Source: Rhodospirillales bacterium (lineage in GTDB: Bacteria; Pseudomonadota; Alphaproteobacteria; Rhodospirillales; JASLQF01). From it: a DNA stretch of 64,000 nucleotides. This document shows positions 41,704 to 52,223 of the stretch, in pieces. The stretch is taken from assembly GCA_030744625.1 (NCBI GenBank), contig JASLQF010000044.1:487-64486 (forward strand). Reading direction: 5' to 3'. The notes beneath the pieces are model-generated. The model made no database searches. It was not told the origin of the DNA and worked only from the letters and a program-made list of their open reading frames with translations. Positions within the stretch are counted from its first letter, which is position 1; every line of letters begins with the position of its first letter. A program made the translations under genes and the position numbers.

Positions 41704-42482
41704 CACCCCTCCCCCACCTTGCGGGCGGCGAAACGCAGGCGAACGTAGTCGGCGGTCCAGCCGCCATCGGCGTCCTTGAGGCGGGGCTCCAGCCGGGCCC
41801 TCACCTCATCCAGGAAGGCCGGGCGCCCGTCCTCGGGCAGGGCCGAGAGGAAGCTCTCGGCGAAGGTCTCGAGCCAGCCGTCGATGCCGGTCGGCAACGC
41901 CGTCGGCCGCGCCACGAGACGCATCGAGCAAACGTCGAAGCCGGCCTCCTCGAGGCTTTGCCGGTACTCGGCGGGAGCCGGAAAATACCACGGAAACAGG
42001 GCGTCGCCATCGATGCCGCGGCGCGCCAGCGCGTCGGCGAGGGCGCTCCGGATGGCCTCCACGTTGCCCTCGCCTCCCATCTCTCCGACGAAGCGTCCGC
42101 CGGCCTTGAGGGCGCGCCAGACGTTGTCGATGACCGTTCGCGGGCAATGCATCCAGTGCAGGGCGGCGTTGCTGAATACGGCGTCGAACTCGCTCTCGAA
42201 TTCGAGCTCGGCACCGTCCATGACGCGGGCGTCCAGTCCCAGTTGGCGGGCCGCGGCGACCTGTTCGGGGCTGGCGTCGACGCCGACCACCGTGGCCCCG
42301 GCATTGGCCAGGCGCTTTGTCAGGACGCCGTCGCCGCACCCCAGATCGAGGATGCGTTCGCCCGGGCGCGGCGCCAAAAGCTCGACGACCGGCCGGCCGA
42401 GTTCGGGCACGAAGGCGGCGTTCTTGGCGTACCGCTCCGGATTCCAGGACTGCGATCGGAGGTGGTCATTCCTCCCCCGCAT
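41703..42482 (-). CDS. Class I SAM-dependent methyltransferase
   Basis: WNPERY, ILDLGCGDG, FSNAALHW, ADYVRLRF. Confidence 0.88.
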   Translation of the reverse strand: MRGRNDHLRSQSWNPERYAKNAAFVPELGRPVVELLAPRPGERILDLGCGDGVLTKRLANAGATVVGVDASPEQVAAARQLGLDARVMDGAELEFESEFDAVFSNAALHWMHCPRTVIDNVWRALKAGGRFVGEMGGEGNVEAIRSALADALARRGIDGDALFPWYFPAPAEYRQSLEEAGFDVCSMRLVARPTALPTGIDGWLETFAESFLSALPEDGRPAFLDEVRARLEPRLKDADGGWTADYVRLRFAARKVGEG

Positions 42483-42936
42483 TGGACTCCGGCTTGCTGG
42501 TGGCCAGGAATATGATCTCGCCCACCTGGTCCTCCAGGGAGCGGAAGTCCTTGGTCTTGGCGATGGCCTCTCCGGGTTCGAGGTAGGTCTTCTCGGTGCC
42601 CGGCTCGAGGCGCACGTACTTGCCGCCGAGGACGCCTTCGCTGGCGATGCCGGCCACCGTGTCCACGGGCAGCTTGATGCCGTCGGCGACCGACATGGAG
42701 ACGACGGCGTCATAGGTCTCGGCATCGATGCCGAGGTCGATGACGGTACCCACCTTGATGCCGCTGACGCGCACGTCGCTTCCCTTCTTGAGGCCGCCGA
42801 CCTTGTAGAAGGCGGCCTTGACCTCGTAGCCCTTCACGGTCTCCGCTTCGGCCATGTTGTAGGCGAAGAAGACGAACACCGCGGCGACCGCCAAGACGAC
42901 CGCCCCCATGACCGTTTCGATGATGTTCCTGCCCAT
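42466..42936 (-). CDS. mlaD: MlaD/MCE family protein
   Basis: ETVMGAVV, GSDVRVSGIKVGTV, SEGVLGGKY. Confidence 0.88.
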   Translation of the reverse strand: MGRNIIETVMGAVVLAVAAVFVFFAYNMAEAETVKGYEVKAAFYKVGGLKKGSDVRVSGIKVGTVIDLGIDAETYDAVVSMSVADGIKLPVDTVAGIASEGVLGGKYVRLEPGTEKTYLEPGEAIAKTKDFRSLEDQVGEIIFLATSKPESNAGEE

Positions 42937-42938
42937 GG

Positions 42939-43478
42939 TCAGTCGTCTCCTTCCTTACGGATGCCGCGGGAGTTATCGTCGGTGGCGGCGCTTGTTTTGC
43001 GATTGGCCTTGCCCTCGGCGATGATGAGGTCGAGAAGCTCGCCCACGATCATGGCGTCCTGGGTGAAGGTGATTTCGTCACCGGGTTCCAGCATGTCCTC
43101 CTCGCCACCCGGATCGAGCACCACGAACTTGGTCCCGAACAGGCCGTCCGTATGGATGGCGACCGCCGTATCGGTGGGCAGCCGGACCCCGGCGTCGATT
43201 TGCATCTCGACCTCCGCCCGGTAATCGTCGTCGAGCCTCTGGCCACTGACGGTTCCCGCCTTGATGCCGGCGAGGTACACGTCGGCGCCCTCGGCGAGGC
43301 CGTCAACCCGGTTGAAGTTGGCGGTGAGCGTGTAGGCGCCGACCGCCGAGGAGACCCGGTCGCCGCCATAGGAGTAGGCGAGGACCAAGGCGAGCACGAC
43401 GATGACCGCCCCTCCGTAGACGATTTCCCGCGCCTCGCGGGGCGACCATCGGACCTGGGCGCCAGGCTCGCCGCTCAT
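42939..43478 (-). CDS. MlaD/MCE family protein (second copy)
   Basis: FNRVDGL..GADVYLAGIKAG, TDGLFGTKF. Confidence 0.85.
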   Translation of the reverse strand: MSGEPGAQVRWSPREAREIVYGGAVIVVLALVLAYSYGGDRVSSAVGAYTLTANFNRVDGLAEGADVYLAGIKAGTVSGQRLDDDYRAEVEMQIDAGVRLPTDTAVAIHTDGLFGTKFVVLDPGGEEDMLEPGDEITFTQDAMIVGELLDLIIAEGKANRKTSAATDDNSRGIRKEGDD

Positions 43479-43831
43479 TCCGGCCGCCACGCCTGATAGT
43501 CGCCGGTGGCGGGGGCACGGCGGCCGCCGCGGTAGTCGTGGCCGCTCGGCCGGTAGGCCTTCGCCGTGCCGGTGAGGTTGGGCACGTGCTCCTTCTGCCA
43601 CGGCCGCGGCTGGGCGGCGCTATCGCTGAGCGGCTCCTCGCAGGTGTGGTGCAACCAGGCATGCCACTCCGGCGGAATCTTCGAGGCCTCGGCGCCGCCC
43701 TTGTAGAGGACCCAGCGGCGCTCCCGCCCTTGCAGGCGGCGGCCCTTGCCCCGGTAGTAGCGGTTGCCGAACTCGTCGGTGCCGACTTGGGCACCCATGA
43801 GCCACGTGTAAATCACGGTCCCGGTGTTCAT
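43475..43831 (-). CDS. NADH:ubiquinone oxidoreductase subunit NDUFA12
   Basis: [33 protein letters not shown]. Confidence 0.93.
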   Translation of the reverse strand: MNTGTVIYTWLMGAQVGTDEFGNRYYRGKGRRLQGRERRWVLYKGGAEASKIPPEWHAWLHHTCEEPLSDSAAQPRPWQKEHVPNLTGTAKAYRPSGHDYRGGRRAPATGDYQAWRPE

Positions 43832-43920
43832 GGCGCCCCTTGCGTTACTTATTAACCCTTGAATACGGCCCGCGCCGCGGCGGCCGGCCCAACTATGGCA
43901 CCAGGGTCAACCCCCGTCCA

Positions 43921-43980
43921 GCCCACAGAAACCCACAGAAGCGCACAGAAACGCTCGGAAGCCCACGGAAGCGCACAGGA
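43921..43980. repeat. Six imperfect 10-bp tandem repeats (approximately RCSCACRGAA)
   Basis: gcccacagaa acccacagaa gcgcacagaa acgctcggaa gcccacggaa gcgcacagga. Confidence 0.85.
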
Positions 43981-44074
43981 GCCGACGGCCGGTGCTCCCC
44001 GAAACGGGTGGTTTGCGACAGATTGTTCGAAAATTTGGGGCGCCGGCGAAATGTTCTTGCACCCCCGTCATCGC

Positions 44075-44140
44075 TTACTATATATAGGTGTTTTGCTGCT
44101 CTCGACCACGCGATGTTGTATTTATCACAATATCTAGTGG
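44075..44140. promoter_or_regulatory. NrdR boxes upstream of nrdJ
   Basis: TTACTATATATAGGTG (44075), CCACGCGATGTTGTAT (44106) and TCACAATATCTAGTGG (44125) resemble acaCwAtATaTwGtg. Confidence 0.75.
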
Positions 44141-44214
44141 AGCGACGACTCAGGGAGCCTGGGGGCTCGCAAAAGGCCCGACGAAGGAAGGGCCCGAGCC
44201 GAAGTGGGGGAAAC

Positions 44215-47200
44215 ATGCGAATCCGTCGTCATTTTACCAAACAAGGCCGATCGCCCTACGACACCATCGAGTTCGCCACCACATCGAGCGAGATCCGCAA
44301 CCCGGACGGCTTCGTGGTGTTTCAACTCGACAACCTCGAGGCGCCCAGCCACTGGTCGCAAGTCGCCCGTGACGTGCTGGCCCAGAAATATTTCCGCAAG
44401 GCGGGGGTGCCGGCCCGCCTGAAGGCGGTCGAGGAAAACGATGTCCCGTCGTGGCTGTGGCGCCATGTCGCCGACGAGAAGGCGCTGGCCGATGTGCCCG
44501 AGGACGAGCGTTTCGCCGGCGAGGAAAGCGCCAAGCAGGTATTCGACCGTCTCGCCGGGACGTGGACCTATTGGGGCTGGAAAGGCGGTTACTTCGACAG
44601 CGAGGAAGACGCCCACGCCTACCACGACGAGATGCGTCACATGCTGGCCGCCCAGATGGGCGCGCCCAACTCGCCCCAGTGGTTCAACACCGGCCTGCAC
44701 TGGGCCTACGGCATCGACGGGCCGGCCCAGGGCCATTATTTCGTGGATTTCCGTACTGGCGAGCTGACCCGTTCCGATAGCGCCTACGAGCACCCCCAGC
44801 CCCACGCCTGCTTCATCCAGGGCATCAAAGACGATCTGGTCAACGATGGCGGCATCATGGACCTGTGGGTGCGCGAGGCCCGGGTGTTCAAGTACGGCTC
44901 GGGGACGGGCTCCAACTTCTCGAATCTGCGCGGCGAGGACGAGTCCCTGTCGGGAGGCGGGAAATCCTCGGGCCTGATGAGCTTCCTCAAAATCGGCGAC
45001 CGCGCCGCCGGCGCCATCAAGTCGGGCGGCACCACGCGGCGCGCCGCCAAGATGGTGGTCGTCGACATCGACCATCCGGATATCGAAGAGTTCATCGACT
45101 GGAAGGTGCGTGAGGAACAGAAGGTGGCGGCGCTTGTCACCGGATCGCGCCTGGCCAACCACCATCTCAACGCCATCATGGCGGCGTGCCACGCCGCCGC
45201 CACAGATGCCGACACGGAAATCGACGACCCCTTCGATCCCAAGCTGAACAGGGCCCTGAAGAAGGCCATCATCGCGGCGCGCAAGTCGATGATCCCGGAG
45301 AACTACATCCAGCGCGTCATGCAGTTCGCGCGCCAGGGATACACGGAGATCGACTTCCCCCAATACGACACGGACTGGGAATCGGACGCCTACAGGACGG
45401 TTTCCGGCCAGAACTCCAACAACACCGTGCGCCTGTCCAACGCCTTCCTGGAGGCGGTGCTGGACGATGGCGATTGGGAGCTGATCCGGCGCACCGATGG
45501 CGTCGTGGCGAAGCGCGTGCCGGCCCGCGAGCTGTGGGAAAGCATCGGCCACGCGGCGTGGGCCTGCGCCGATCCCGGCACCCAGTTCGACACCACCATC
45601 AACGAATGGCACACCTGCCCCGAGGCGGGCCGCATCAATGCCTCGAACCCGTGCTCCGAGTACATGTTCTTGGACGACACGGCGTGCAACCTGGCCTCGC
45701 TCAACCTCATGGCCTTTCTTGACGATGACGGCGCCTTCGGTGTCGAGGACTTCACGCACGCCGTGCGGCTGTGGACCATCACCCTCGAGATTTCGGTGCT
45801 CATGGCGCAATTTCCCTCGGCGCGCATCGCCCAGCTTTCCTACGAATACCGCACCCTGGGGCTCGGTTTCGCCAACATTGGCGGCTACCTGATGGCGTCG
45901 GGCATTCCTTACGATTCGGAATCGGGGCGCGCCGTCTGCGGGGCCATCGCCGCCCTCTTGACCGGCGTTTCCTACGCGACATCGGCGGAGATGGCCGGCG
46001 AGCTCGGCGCCTTTCCGGATTTCGCCCGCAACCGCGACGCCATGCTGCGCGTCGTCCGCAATCACCGCCGCGCCGCGCAAGGAACGCTCGACGGTTACGA
46101 GGAGCTTTCGGTGCTGCCCGTGGTCCTCGACGCGGAAACGGCTCCCGACGCGCCGCTGGTGAGGGCCGCCGCCGAGGCCTGGGACAAGGCGCAGTTGCTG
46201 GGCGAGGCCCATGGCTACCGCAACGCCCAGGTCAGCGTCATCGCGCCGACCGGCACCATCGGGCTGGTCATGGACTGCGACACCACCGGCATCGAACCCG
46301 ACTTCGCCCTCGCCAAATTCAAGAAGCTGGCCGGCGGCGGCTATTTCAAGATCATCAACCGCGTCGTCCCGGCGGCGTTGACGCGCCTCGGATATGGCGA
46401 AGACGAAATCGACGAGATGGTGCGCTACGCGGTCGGCGTCGGGACCCTGGAAGGCTCCCCCGCCATCGATCACGCGGCGCTGATGGACAAGGGGTTCACG
46501 GCCGCCGCCATCGGGGCCGTCGAGGAATCCCTCAAGGAAACCTTCGACATAAAGTTCGTCTTCAACCGCTGGACCCTGGGCGAGAAGTTCTGCACCGAAA
46601 CCCTCGGCCTGCCCGGGAAGCTGCTCGACGACCCCTCCTTCGACCTGCTCGGCGCGCTCGGTTTCACCAACAACGAGATCGAGGCCGCCAACACTCACGT
46701 CTGCGGCGCCATGACCCTGGAGGGCGCCCCCCACCTGAAGGACGAACACCTGCCCGTGTTCGATTGCGCCAGCCCCTGTGGCCGCAACGGCAAGCGCTTC
46801 CTGTCCGTGAACAGCCACATCATGATGATGGCCGCGGCGCAGCCCTTCATTTCGGGGGCCATCTCCAAGACCATCAACATGCCGAACGACGGCACGGTCG
46901 AGGACTGCATGGACGCCTACATGCTGTCCTGGCGTCTCGGGCTGAAGGCCAATGCTCTCTATAGGGACGGCTCGAAGCTGTCGCAGCCGCTCTCGGCGGC
47001 CGTGCTCGGCGACATCGACGACGACGAGGACACCGCGGAAGAGGTGGCCGGGCGCATCGACCCGCTTCCGGCCGCGGCGCGCGTCGAGCGCGTCGTTGAA
47101 CGCGTCGTCGAGCGCATCTCCGGAGAGCGCAAGCGCCTGCCGGCAAGGCGCAAGGGTTACACCCAGAAGGCCATCGTCGGCGGCCACAAGGTTTATTTGC

Positions 47201-47892
47201 GCACCGGCGAATACGAGGACGGCAGCCTCGGCGAGATTTTCATCGACATGCACAAGGAGGGCGCCGCCTTCCGCAGCCTGATGAACAACTTCGCCATCTC
47301 CATCTCCATCGGCCTGCAGTACGGCGTGCCCCTCGAGGAGTTCGTGGAAGCCTTCACCTTCACCCGCTTCGAGCCTTCGGGCATGGTCGAGGGTAACGAC
47401 TCGGTGAAGATGGCCACCTCCATCCTCGACTACCTCTTCCGCGAGGTGGCGGTGTCCTATCTCGGGCGTACCGACCTCGCCCATGTCGAGCCCAGCGACC
47501 TCAAGCCCGACAGCGTCGGGCGCGGGCGCGACGAGGACAAGCTTGGCCCCGACGTCGTCCGGACCAGCGTCCTCGAGACCGTGAAGTCGCTGACCAGCAG
47601 CGGCTACGTGCGCAACCGGTTCCTCGTGTTGGAAGGTGGAAACGCCGCGAAAAGCGTCGGCGCGGCGGCGACGCCGGCGACGGCGCTGGCCGAAGACCAC
47701 GCCGCCGCGGCGGCGGTCCACATCGCCGACGACGGGTTTCAGGCCACCGACAAGCACATGGTCCTGATGCGCGAAGCCAAGCTCAAGGGATACGAGGGCG
47801 ATCCCTGTTACGAATGCGGCCACTTCACCCTGGTGCGCAACGGCACCTGCATGAAGTGCGTCACCTGCGGCGGGACCAGCGGGTGTTCATGA
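44215..47892 (+). CDS. nrdJ: Vitamin B12-dependent class II ribonucleotide reductase
   Basis: [38 protein letters not shown]-terminal CxxC..CxxC..GCS. Confidence 0.97.
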   Translation: MRIRRHFTKQGRSPYDTIEFATTSSEIRNPDGFVVFQLDNLEAPSHWSQVARDVLAQKYFRKAGVPARLKAVEENDVPSWLWRHVADEKALADVPEDERFAGEESAKQVFDRLAGTWTYWGWKGGYFDSEEDAHAYHDEMRHMLAAQMGAPNSPQWFNTGLHWAYGIDGPAQGHYFVDFRTGELTRSDSAYEHPQPHACFIQGIKDDLVNDGGIMDLWVREARVFKYGSGTGSNFSNLRGEDESLSGGGKSSGLMSFLKIGDRAAGAIKSGGTTRRAAKMVVVDIDHPDIEEFIDWKVREEQKVAALVTGSRLANHHLNAIMAACHAAATDADTEIDDPFDPKLNRALKKAIIAARKSMIPENYIQRVMQFARQGYTEIDFPQYDTDWESDAYRTVSGQNSNNTVRLSNAFLEAVLDDGDWELIRRTDGVVAKRVPARELWESIGHAAWACADPGTQFDTTINEWHTCPEAGRINASNPCSEYMFLDDTACNLASLNLMAFLDDDGAFGVEDFTHAVRLWTITLEISVLMAQFPSARIAQLSYEYRTLGLGFANIGGYLMASGIPYDSESGRAVCGAIAALLTGVSYATSAEMAGELGAFPDFARNRDAMLRVVRNHRRAAQGTLDGYEELSVLPVVLDAETAPDAPLVRAAAEAWDKAQLLGEAHGYRNAQVSVIAPTGTIGLVMDCDTTGIEPDFALAKFKKLAGGGYFKIINRVVPAALTRLGYGEDEIDEMVRYAVGVGTLEGSPAIDHAALMDKGFTAAAIGAVEESLKETFDIKFVFNRWTLGEKFCTETLGLPGKLLDDPSFDLLGALGFTNNEIEAANTHVCGAMTLEGAPHLKDEHLPVFDCASPCGRNGKRFLSVNSHIMMMAAAQPFISGAISKTINMPNDGTVEDCMDAYMLSWRLGLKANALYRDGSKLSQPLSAAVLGDIDDDEDTAEEVAGRIDPLPAAARVERVVERVVERISGERKRLPARRKGYTQKAIVGGHKVYLRTGEYEDGSLGEIFIDMHKEGAAFRSLMNNFAISISIGLQYGVPLEEFVEAFTFTRFEPSGMVEGNDSVKMATSILDYLFREVAVSYLGRTDLAHVEPSDLKPDSVGRGRDEDKLGPDVVRTSVLETVKSLTSSGYVRNRFLVLEGGNAAKSVGAAATPATALAEDHAAAAAVHIADDGFQATDKHMVLMREAKLKGYEGDPCYECGHFTLVRNGTCMKCVTCGGTSGCS

Positions 47893-47893
47893 A

Positions 47894-48148
47894 GATGGAA
47901 TTCTCCAGGCGATCCTCCCTGCGAAACTCGGGGCGCGGTCCGGGAGCCCTTCCCGCCCGCGCCCCGCTTTTTTTCACAGGGACGGCACGACAGACGGAAT
48001 GGCGAACGACACAAAAGGTGCCACGGACGGCACCGATGACGGAAATCTCCAGGCGATCCTCCCTGCGAAACTCGGGGCGCGGTCCGGGAGCTCTTCCCGC
48101 CCGCGCCCCGCTTTTTTTCACAGGGACGGCACGACGGACAGAATGGCA
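47894..48148. repeat. About 110-bp direct repeat, 144-bp period, each copy with an intrinsic terminator
   Basis: Copies at about 47894-48003 and 48038-48147, each with CGGGGCGCGG...CCGCGCCCCG followed by C-T7. Confidence 0.92.
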
Positions 48149-49174
48149 GATGGCCCGGCACGCGCGGTGAGGGATCCGGGTCCACTGGTCGGGTCCCCGC
48201 CTGTGACGGATCCGGCCGCCGAGTGGCGCCATGTGGTAGAACGCTTTCTCGGGTTCATTTCCGGCCTGCGTTCCACATCCGACGAACTCCGGGATGCCCA
48301 AGAGTCCGTGGCCCTGGTCATCGCCAACCTCAGGATCCATTTCCGGCGCGCCGATTTCCTACCGATTTTCAAGCCGCCGGCGGAAGATGCCGAAGACCAC
48401 ATGGTGGTGGGCAGTTACGGCAAGGGCACGGCCATCCGACACGGCCGTGTCGTTGACGTGCTTTACACCGCAAGCCCCGAGACACGGGCGCGGATCGGCG
48501 GCGGCCGGGCCCTGACACGCGAACTCGCTTCCGCCTTGGCCGATCAGTTTCCCGGCGTCGATTGGGCCGACGAGGGATGGATTTCGGTGAAGCCGGGAAC
48601 CCCTTTCACGGTCAGGCTCTTGCCCACCTCGCCATGCCGCGACGGCGGTTTCCTGATCGAGAATCAGGCCAAGGCCACTCCCCGCGACCTCGGTGCGTGG
48701 CGTTACATCAACCCCGGGGTGGAGGCGGCCCGCCTGGCCAAGGCCGACGAGCTCAGCGGCAACAAGGCGACCCACCTGATCCTCATGCTCAAGGCGTGGC
48801 GGCGCACCCACACCCTTCCCATCGGTGCCTTCGCGCTCGAGCTCTTGGTGACCGAGTTCATTTCGGTTTGGAACTATTACCGCCGCAGCCTGCTTTTCTA
48901 CGACTGGATGATGCGGGATTTCTTCTTCTGGCTGCGCTATCAGGGCGAGCGCCAACTGGCCATCCCGGGGACCCTGCATTCCCTTTATCTGGACAGTTCC
49001 TGGCAGACGGCGGCGGAACGCGCCTACCGGGGCGCCGAGCGCGCCTCGCGCCTCGAGCGCGACAACCGCGAGGGCGAGGCACTGGCCGAATGGCGGCGCA
49101 TCTTCGGTCCGGCCGTCGGCGGGGCGCCCGCCCTGGCGGCGCCAGCAAACCCGGCCATAGCGGCGGCGTCCTGA
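48143..49174 (+). CDS. SMODS/CD-NTase (cGAS/DncV-like) nucleotidyltransferase homologue, catalytically degenerate
   Basis: VVGSYGKGTAIR, ILMLKAW, FALELL, YDWMMRDFF, PGT, EWRRIFG. The DxD position reads VVD. Alternative in-frame start at 47999. Confidence 0.75.
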   Translation: MADGPARAVRDPGPLVGSPPVTDPAAEWRHVVERFLGFISGLRSTSDELRDAQESVALVIANLRIHFRRADFLPIFKPPAEDAEDHMVVGSYGKGTAIRHGRVVDVLYTASPETRARIGGGRALTRELASALADQFPGVDWADEGWISVKPGTPFTVRLLPTSPCRDGGFLIENQAKATPRDLGAWRYINPGVEAARLAKADELSGNKATHLILMLKAWRRTHTLPIGAFALELLVTEFISVWNYYRRSLLFYDWMMRDFFFWLRYQGERQLAIPGTLHSLYLDSSWQTAAERAYRGAERASRLERDNREGEALAEWRRIFGPAVGGAPALAAPANPAIAAAS

Positions 49175-49292
49175 TCCTCAGGACTTGCGGCCGCCCGTGA
49201 CCGCTTACGGGGTTGGATTTGACCGCTCCAGGCGGTTAATCTGTCGGCCCGCCGAAATCCACCATCCCAAGCAATTTCAGGAGAGAGACGTC

Positions 49293-49760
49293 ATGGCCGG
49301 AAAAATCGACGCGCGCCTTGCCGAGTTGGGCATCGAACTGCCGGAGGCTCCGGCGCCGGTGGCCTCCTACGTGCCTTACACCGTGAGCGGCAAGCTGGTC
49401 TTCCTGTCGGGTCAGATCAATGTCTGGAACGGTGAGTTTGGGCCCTCCGGCAAGGTGGGCGTCGACGTCACCATCGAGCAGGGCCAGGAAGCGGCGCGCC
49501 TTTGCGCCCTCAACCTGATCGCGCATCTCAAGAACGCCTGCGGCGGCGACTTGGACCGGGTGAGCCAGGTAATCAGGCTCGGCGGCTTCGTCAACTGCAA
49601 CCCCGACTTCGCCGACCAGCCCAAGGTGATCGAGGGGGCCTCGGCGCTTTTCATCGAGGTTTTCGGCGACGCCGGGCGCCACGCCCGCACGGCGGTCTGC
49701 GCGCCGTCGCTTCCCTTCCTGGCGCCGGTGGAGGTCGACGGCATCTTCGAAATCTCCTGA
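49293..49760 (+). CDS. RidA family protein (Arg-containing)
   Basis: RLAELGIELP, FLSGQI, RLGGFVN, GRHARTAV. Confidence 0.9.
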   Translation: MAGKIDARLAELGIELPEAPAPVASYVPYTVSGKLVFLSGQINVWNGEFGPSGKVGVDVTIEQGQEAARLCALNLIAHLKNACGGDLDRVSQVIRLGGFVNCNPDFADQPKVIEGASALFIEVFGDAGRHARTAVCAPSLPFLAPVEVDGIFEIS

Positions 49761-49896
49761 GCGCCGCGCCAATCAACTTCCCGTGAGGACTCGTCAGGAT
49801 GGCGGTACGTTACTATAATGACGAAAAAAACGCTTTGACCCGTCCGCGGGGGAGAACCGCACAAAACCGGAATTGGGAAATAGCAGGCCGCGAATC

Positions 49897-50571
49897 ATGC
49901 GGATTCTTCTAGCCGACGACCACACGCTGATCCGCGAGACCCTGAGCGCGTTTCTGAAGATCCTCGACCCGGAGGTCGAGGTTTTCGAGGCTCCGGGGCT
50001 CAAGGAAGCCGACGCAATCGCGGCGCGGGAGCCCGGCCTCGATCTGATCGTCCTCGACCTGGTGATGCCGGGAATGGACGGCCTTTCCGGCGTCCGTCAT
50101 ATGGTGGATGCCTATCCCGACGTGCCCATTGTCGTCCTTTCCGGGGCGGATGGGCGGGACAACGTGACAAACGTCATGAACATGGGCGCCCGCGGCTTCA
50201 TCCCCAAGACCATCGGCAGCAAGGGCCTGATCAGCGCTCTCCAAAGTGTATTGACCGGGAATATCTATGTTCCGCCGGTGACGCTGAAAAGCGGCTCGGC
50301 CTCTCCGCCGGCCGCCTCTCCGGAAGGCTCCCAGGTGGACCCGGTCGGCAAGCTCACGCCCCGCGAGAGCCAGGTCCTCGCCCTCGTCGTCGAGGGACAC
50401 CAAAACAAGCAGATCGCCTGGGCGCTGAACCTCAAGGAAATCACCGTCAAGGTCCACCTGCAGAAGGTGTTCCGCAAGCTCGGCGTCTCCAACCGCACGC
50501 AGGCGGCGACCTTCGCCCTTCAACGCGGCATTGACCTGGACACCGCGCCGCCGCCGCGCCCCGCTTCCTGA
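49897..50571 (+). CDS. NarL/LuxR family response regulator
   Basis: LADDH, LDLVMPG, FIPK, LTPRE..NKQIA..TVKVH. Confidence 0.93.
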   Translation: MRILLADDHTLIRETLSAFLKILDPEVEVFEAPGLKEADAIAAREPGLDLIVLDLVMPGMDGLSGVRHMVDAYPDVPIVVLSGADGRDNVTNVMNMGARGFIPKTIGSKGLISALQSVLTGNIYVPPVTLKSGSASPPAASPEGSQVDPVGKLTPRESQVLALVVEGHQNKQIAWALNLKEITVKVHLQKVFRKLGVSNRTQAATFALQRGIDLDTAPPPRPAS

Positions 50572-50641
50572 AGAGCTTTGGCCGGGGTCGCCGGGACCAT
50601 GTCATAATGTATCCGAATCGCACGCCGGAGGCTCGCCTGTC

Positions 50642-50899
50642 ATGTCGCTCCGCCGATTGTTGCTGCACGCCGCCCGCCACATCGCCGCCGACCCGCGCGT
50701 CCAGGCCAAGGCCGTCGAGGTAATCGAGACGGAGATCAAGCCGCGCGCCCAGGCGGCCTGGCGGCACGCCAAGCCGAAGCTGGAATCGGTCAAGGCAGAT
50801 CTCGAGGATATCGTGCTCGAGGCCGACCCCCGCACCGAACCCGGGAAGTTCGCGGCCAAGGTGAAGGAGCGCTTCATCGGCCGCGGTAGGTCGCGCTGA
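50642..50899 (+). CDS. Small hypothetical protein
   Basis: Stop overlaps next ATG (TGATG), host-like codon usage. Confidence 0.6.
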   Translation: MSLRRLLLHAARHIAADPRVQAKAVEVIETEIKPRAQAAWRHAKPKLESVKADLEDIVLEADPRTEPGKFAAKVKERFIGRGRSR

Positions 50900-52059
50900 T
50901 GCCGGACGGCCGCGAACCGACCACCGTCAAAGTCGTCTCCGCCATCTCCGAAGTGGCGGCGGCCCAGTGGGACGCCTGTGCCGGACCCGGCGATCCATTC
51001 ATCAGCCACGCCTTCCTCAAGGCGCTGGAGGACAGCGGCTCGGTCTCGTCCGGAGCCGGCTGGCAGCCCCATCACCTAGTCATCGAGGACGAGGCGGGCA
51101 AAGTGCTCGCCTGCGCGCCGCTTTATGCCAAGGGACACTCCTATGGCGAGTACGTGTTCGACTGGGGCTGGGCCGACGCCTACCAGCGGGCCGGCGGACG
51201 CTATTACCCGAAACTCCTGTCGGCAGTGCCGTTCACGCCGGTCACCGGGCGGCGTCTCCTGGTGCGCCCGGACGCCCCCGAGGAACTGGCCGACGTTCTC
51301 ATCGGCGGCATGGTTCAACTGGCCGAGCGCTCCGGCGTCTCCTCGCTGCACGTCAACTTTCCCACCGAGACGGAGTGGCGGCGGCTCGCACACGCCGGGC
51401 TCATCCCCCGCCTCGGCCAGCAGTTCCACTGGGAGAACAGGGGTTACGGGTCCTTCGAGGACTTCCTCGCCACCCTCAATTCCCGCAAGCGCAAGGCGGT
51501 GCGTAAGGAGCGCCGCGCCGCGGCGGCCGACGGCATCGACATCGGCGCGCTTTGCGGCGCCGACATCGAGGCGCGCCACTGGGACGCCTTCTTCCGGTTT
51601 TACCGCGATACCTCGGACCGCAAGTGGGGTTCGGCCTATCTCAACCGCGACTTCTTCGAGCGCCTGCACGCGGCGATGGGCGAGCAGGTAGTGCTGATCC
51701 TGGCGCATCGGCGAGGCCGCCCCGTCGGTGGCGCGCTCAACCTGTTGGGCGGCGACACCCTGTATGGCCGTTATTGGGGCTGCGCGGAGGCCCACAAGTT
51801 CCTGCATTTCGAGGTGTGCTACTACCAGGCCATCGACTTCGCCATCGAGCACCGCCTCAGGTGGGTGGAGGCCGGCGCCCAGGGACCGCACAAGATTCAA
51901 CGCGGCTATTTGCCGCGCCCCACCTACAGCGCCCACTGGATCAAGGACGACGCCTTCCGCAAGCTCCTGGAGCGCCATCTGGCCGAGGAGCGCGAAGCCA
52001 TCACCTACGAAATGGCGGAGCTGGCCAAGGAATCGCCCTACCGCCGGGAAGGCGGATAG
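50899..52059 (+). CDS. GNAT/FemAB-like (DUF482) protein
   Basis: HSYGEYVFDWGWADA, PFTPVTG, LYGRYWG, LHFEVCYYQAI, EAGAQG.HK. Confidence 0.9.
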   Translation: MPDGREPTTVKVVSAISEVAAAQWDACAGPGDPFISHAFLKALEDSGSVSSGAGWQPHHLVIEDEAGKVLACAPLYAKGHSYGEYVFDWGWADAYQRAGGRYYPKLLSAVPFTPVTGRRLLVRPDAPEELADVLIGGMVQLAERSGVSSLHVNFPTETEWRRLAHAGLIPRLGQQFHWENRGYGSFEDFLATLNSRKRKAVRKERRAAAADGIDIGALCGADIEARHWDAFFRFYRDTSDRKWGSAYLNRDFFERLHAAMGEQVVLILAHRRGRPVGGALNLLGGDTLYGRYWGCAEAHKFLHFEVCYYQAIDFAIEHRLRWVEAGAQGPHKIQRGYLPRPTYSAHWIKDDAFRKLLERHLAEEREAITYEMAELAKESPYRREGG

Positions 52060-52223
52060 CCCTCCGGACCCCCGTTACCATTTATCAATCTTTGCGCGCC
52101 TACAATGGCGGCATGTTCAGCATGTTAGGCAGGTACGCGGGGATCGACTTGCGACTGGATGGCCAGCGAAACCTTGAACGGAGTCCGCTGGCCGTCCGCC
52201 TCGCCTGGGCTGGCGCCATTCAG

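Noticed and set aside
42460-42482. Possible frameshift at the methyltransferase start (out-of-frame ATG at 42469)
   Set aside because: An in-frame ATG at 42482 has a usable GGAG, so no frameshift is needed.
43840-44214. Cobalamin riboswitch or N-terminal extension of nrdJ
   Set aside because: No B12-box recognised. The region holds NrdR boxes and repeats, and the conserved start is MRIRRHFT.
44134-47823. 1229-aa minus strand ORF
   Set aside because: Antisense shadow of nrdJ.
47894-48148. Repeat-spacer-repeat as a mini CRISPR array
   Set aside because: The repeats are about 110 bp, there are only two, and no cas genes are present.
47814-48170. ORF with a duplicated peptide SRRSSLRNSGRGPGALPARAPLFFTG
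   Set aside because: It is only the translation of the duplicated terminator DNA.
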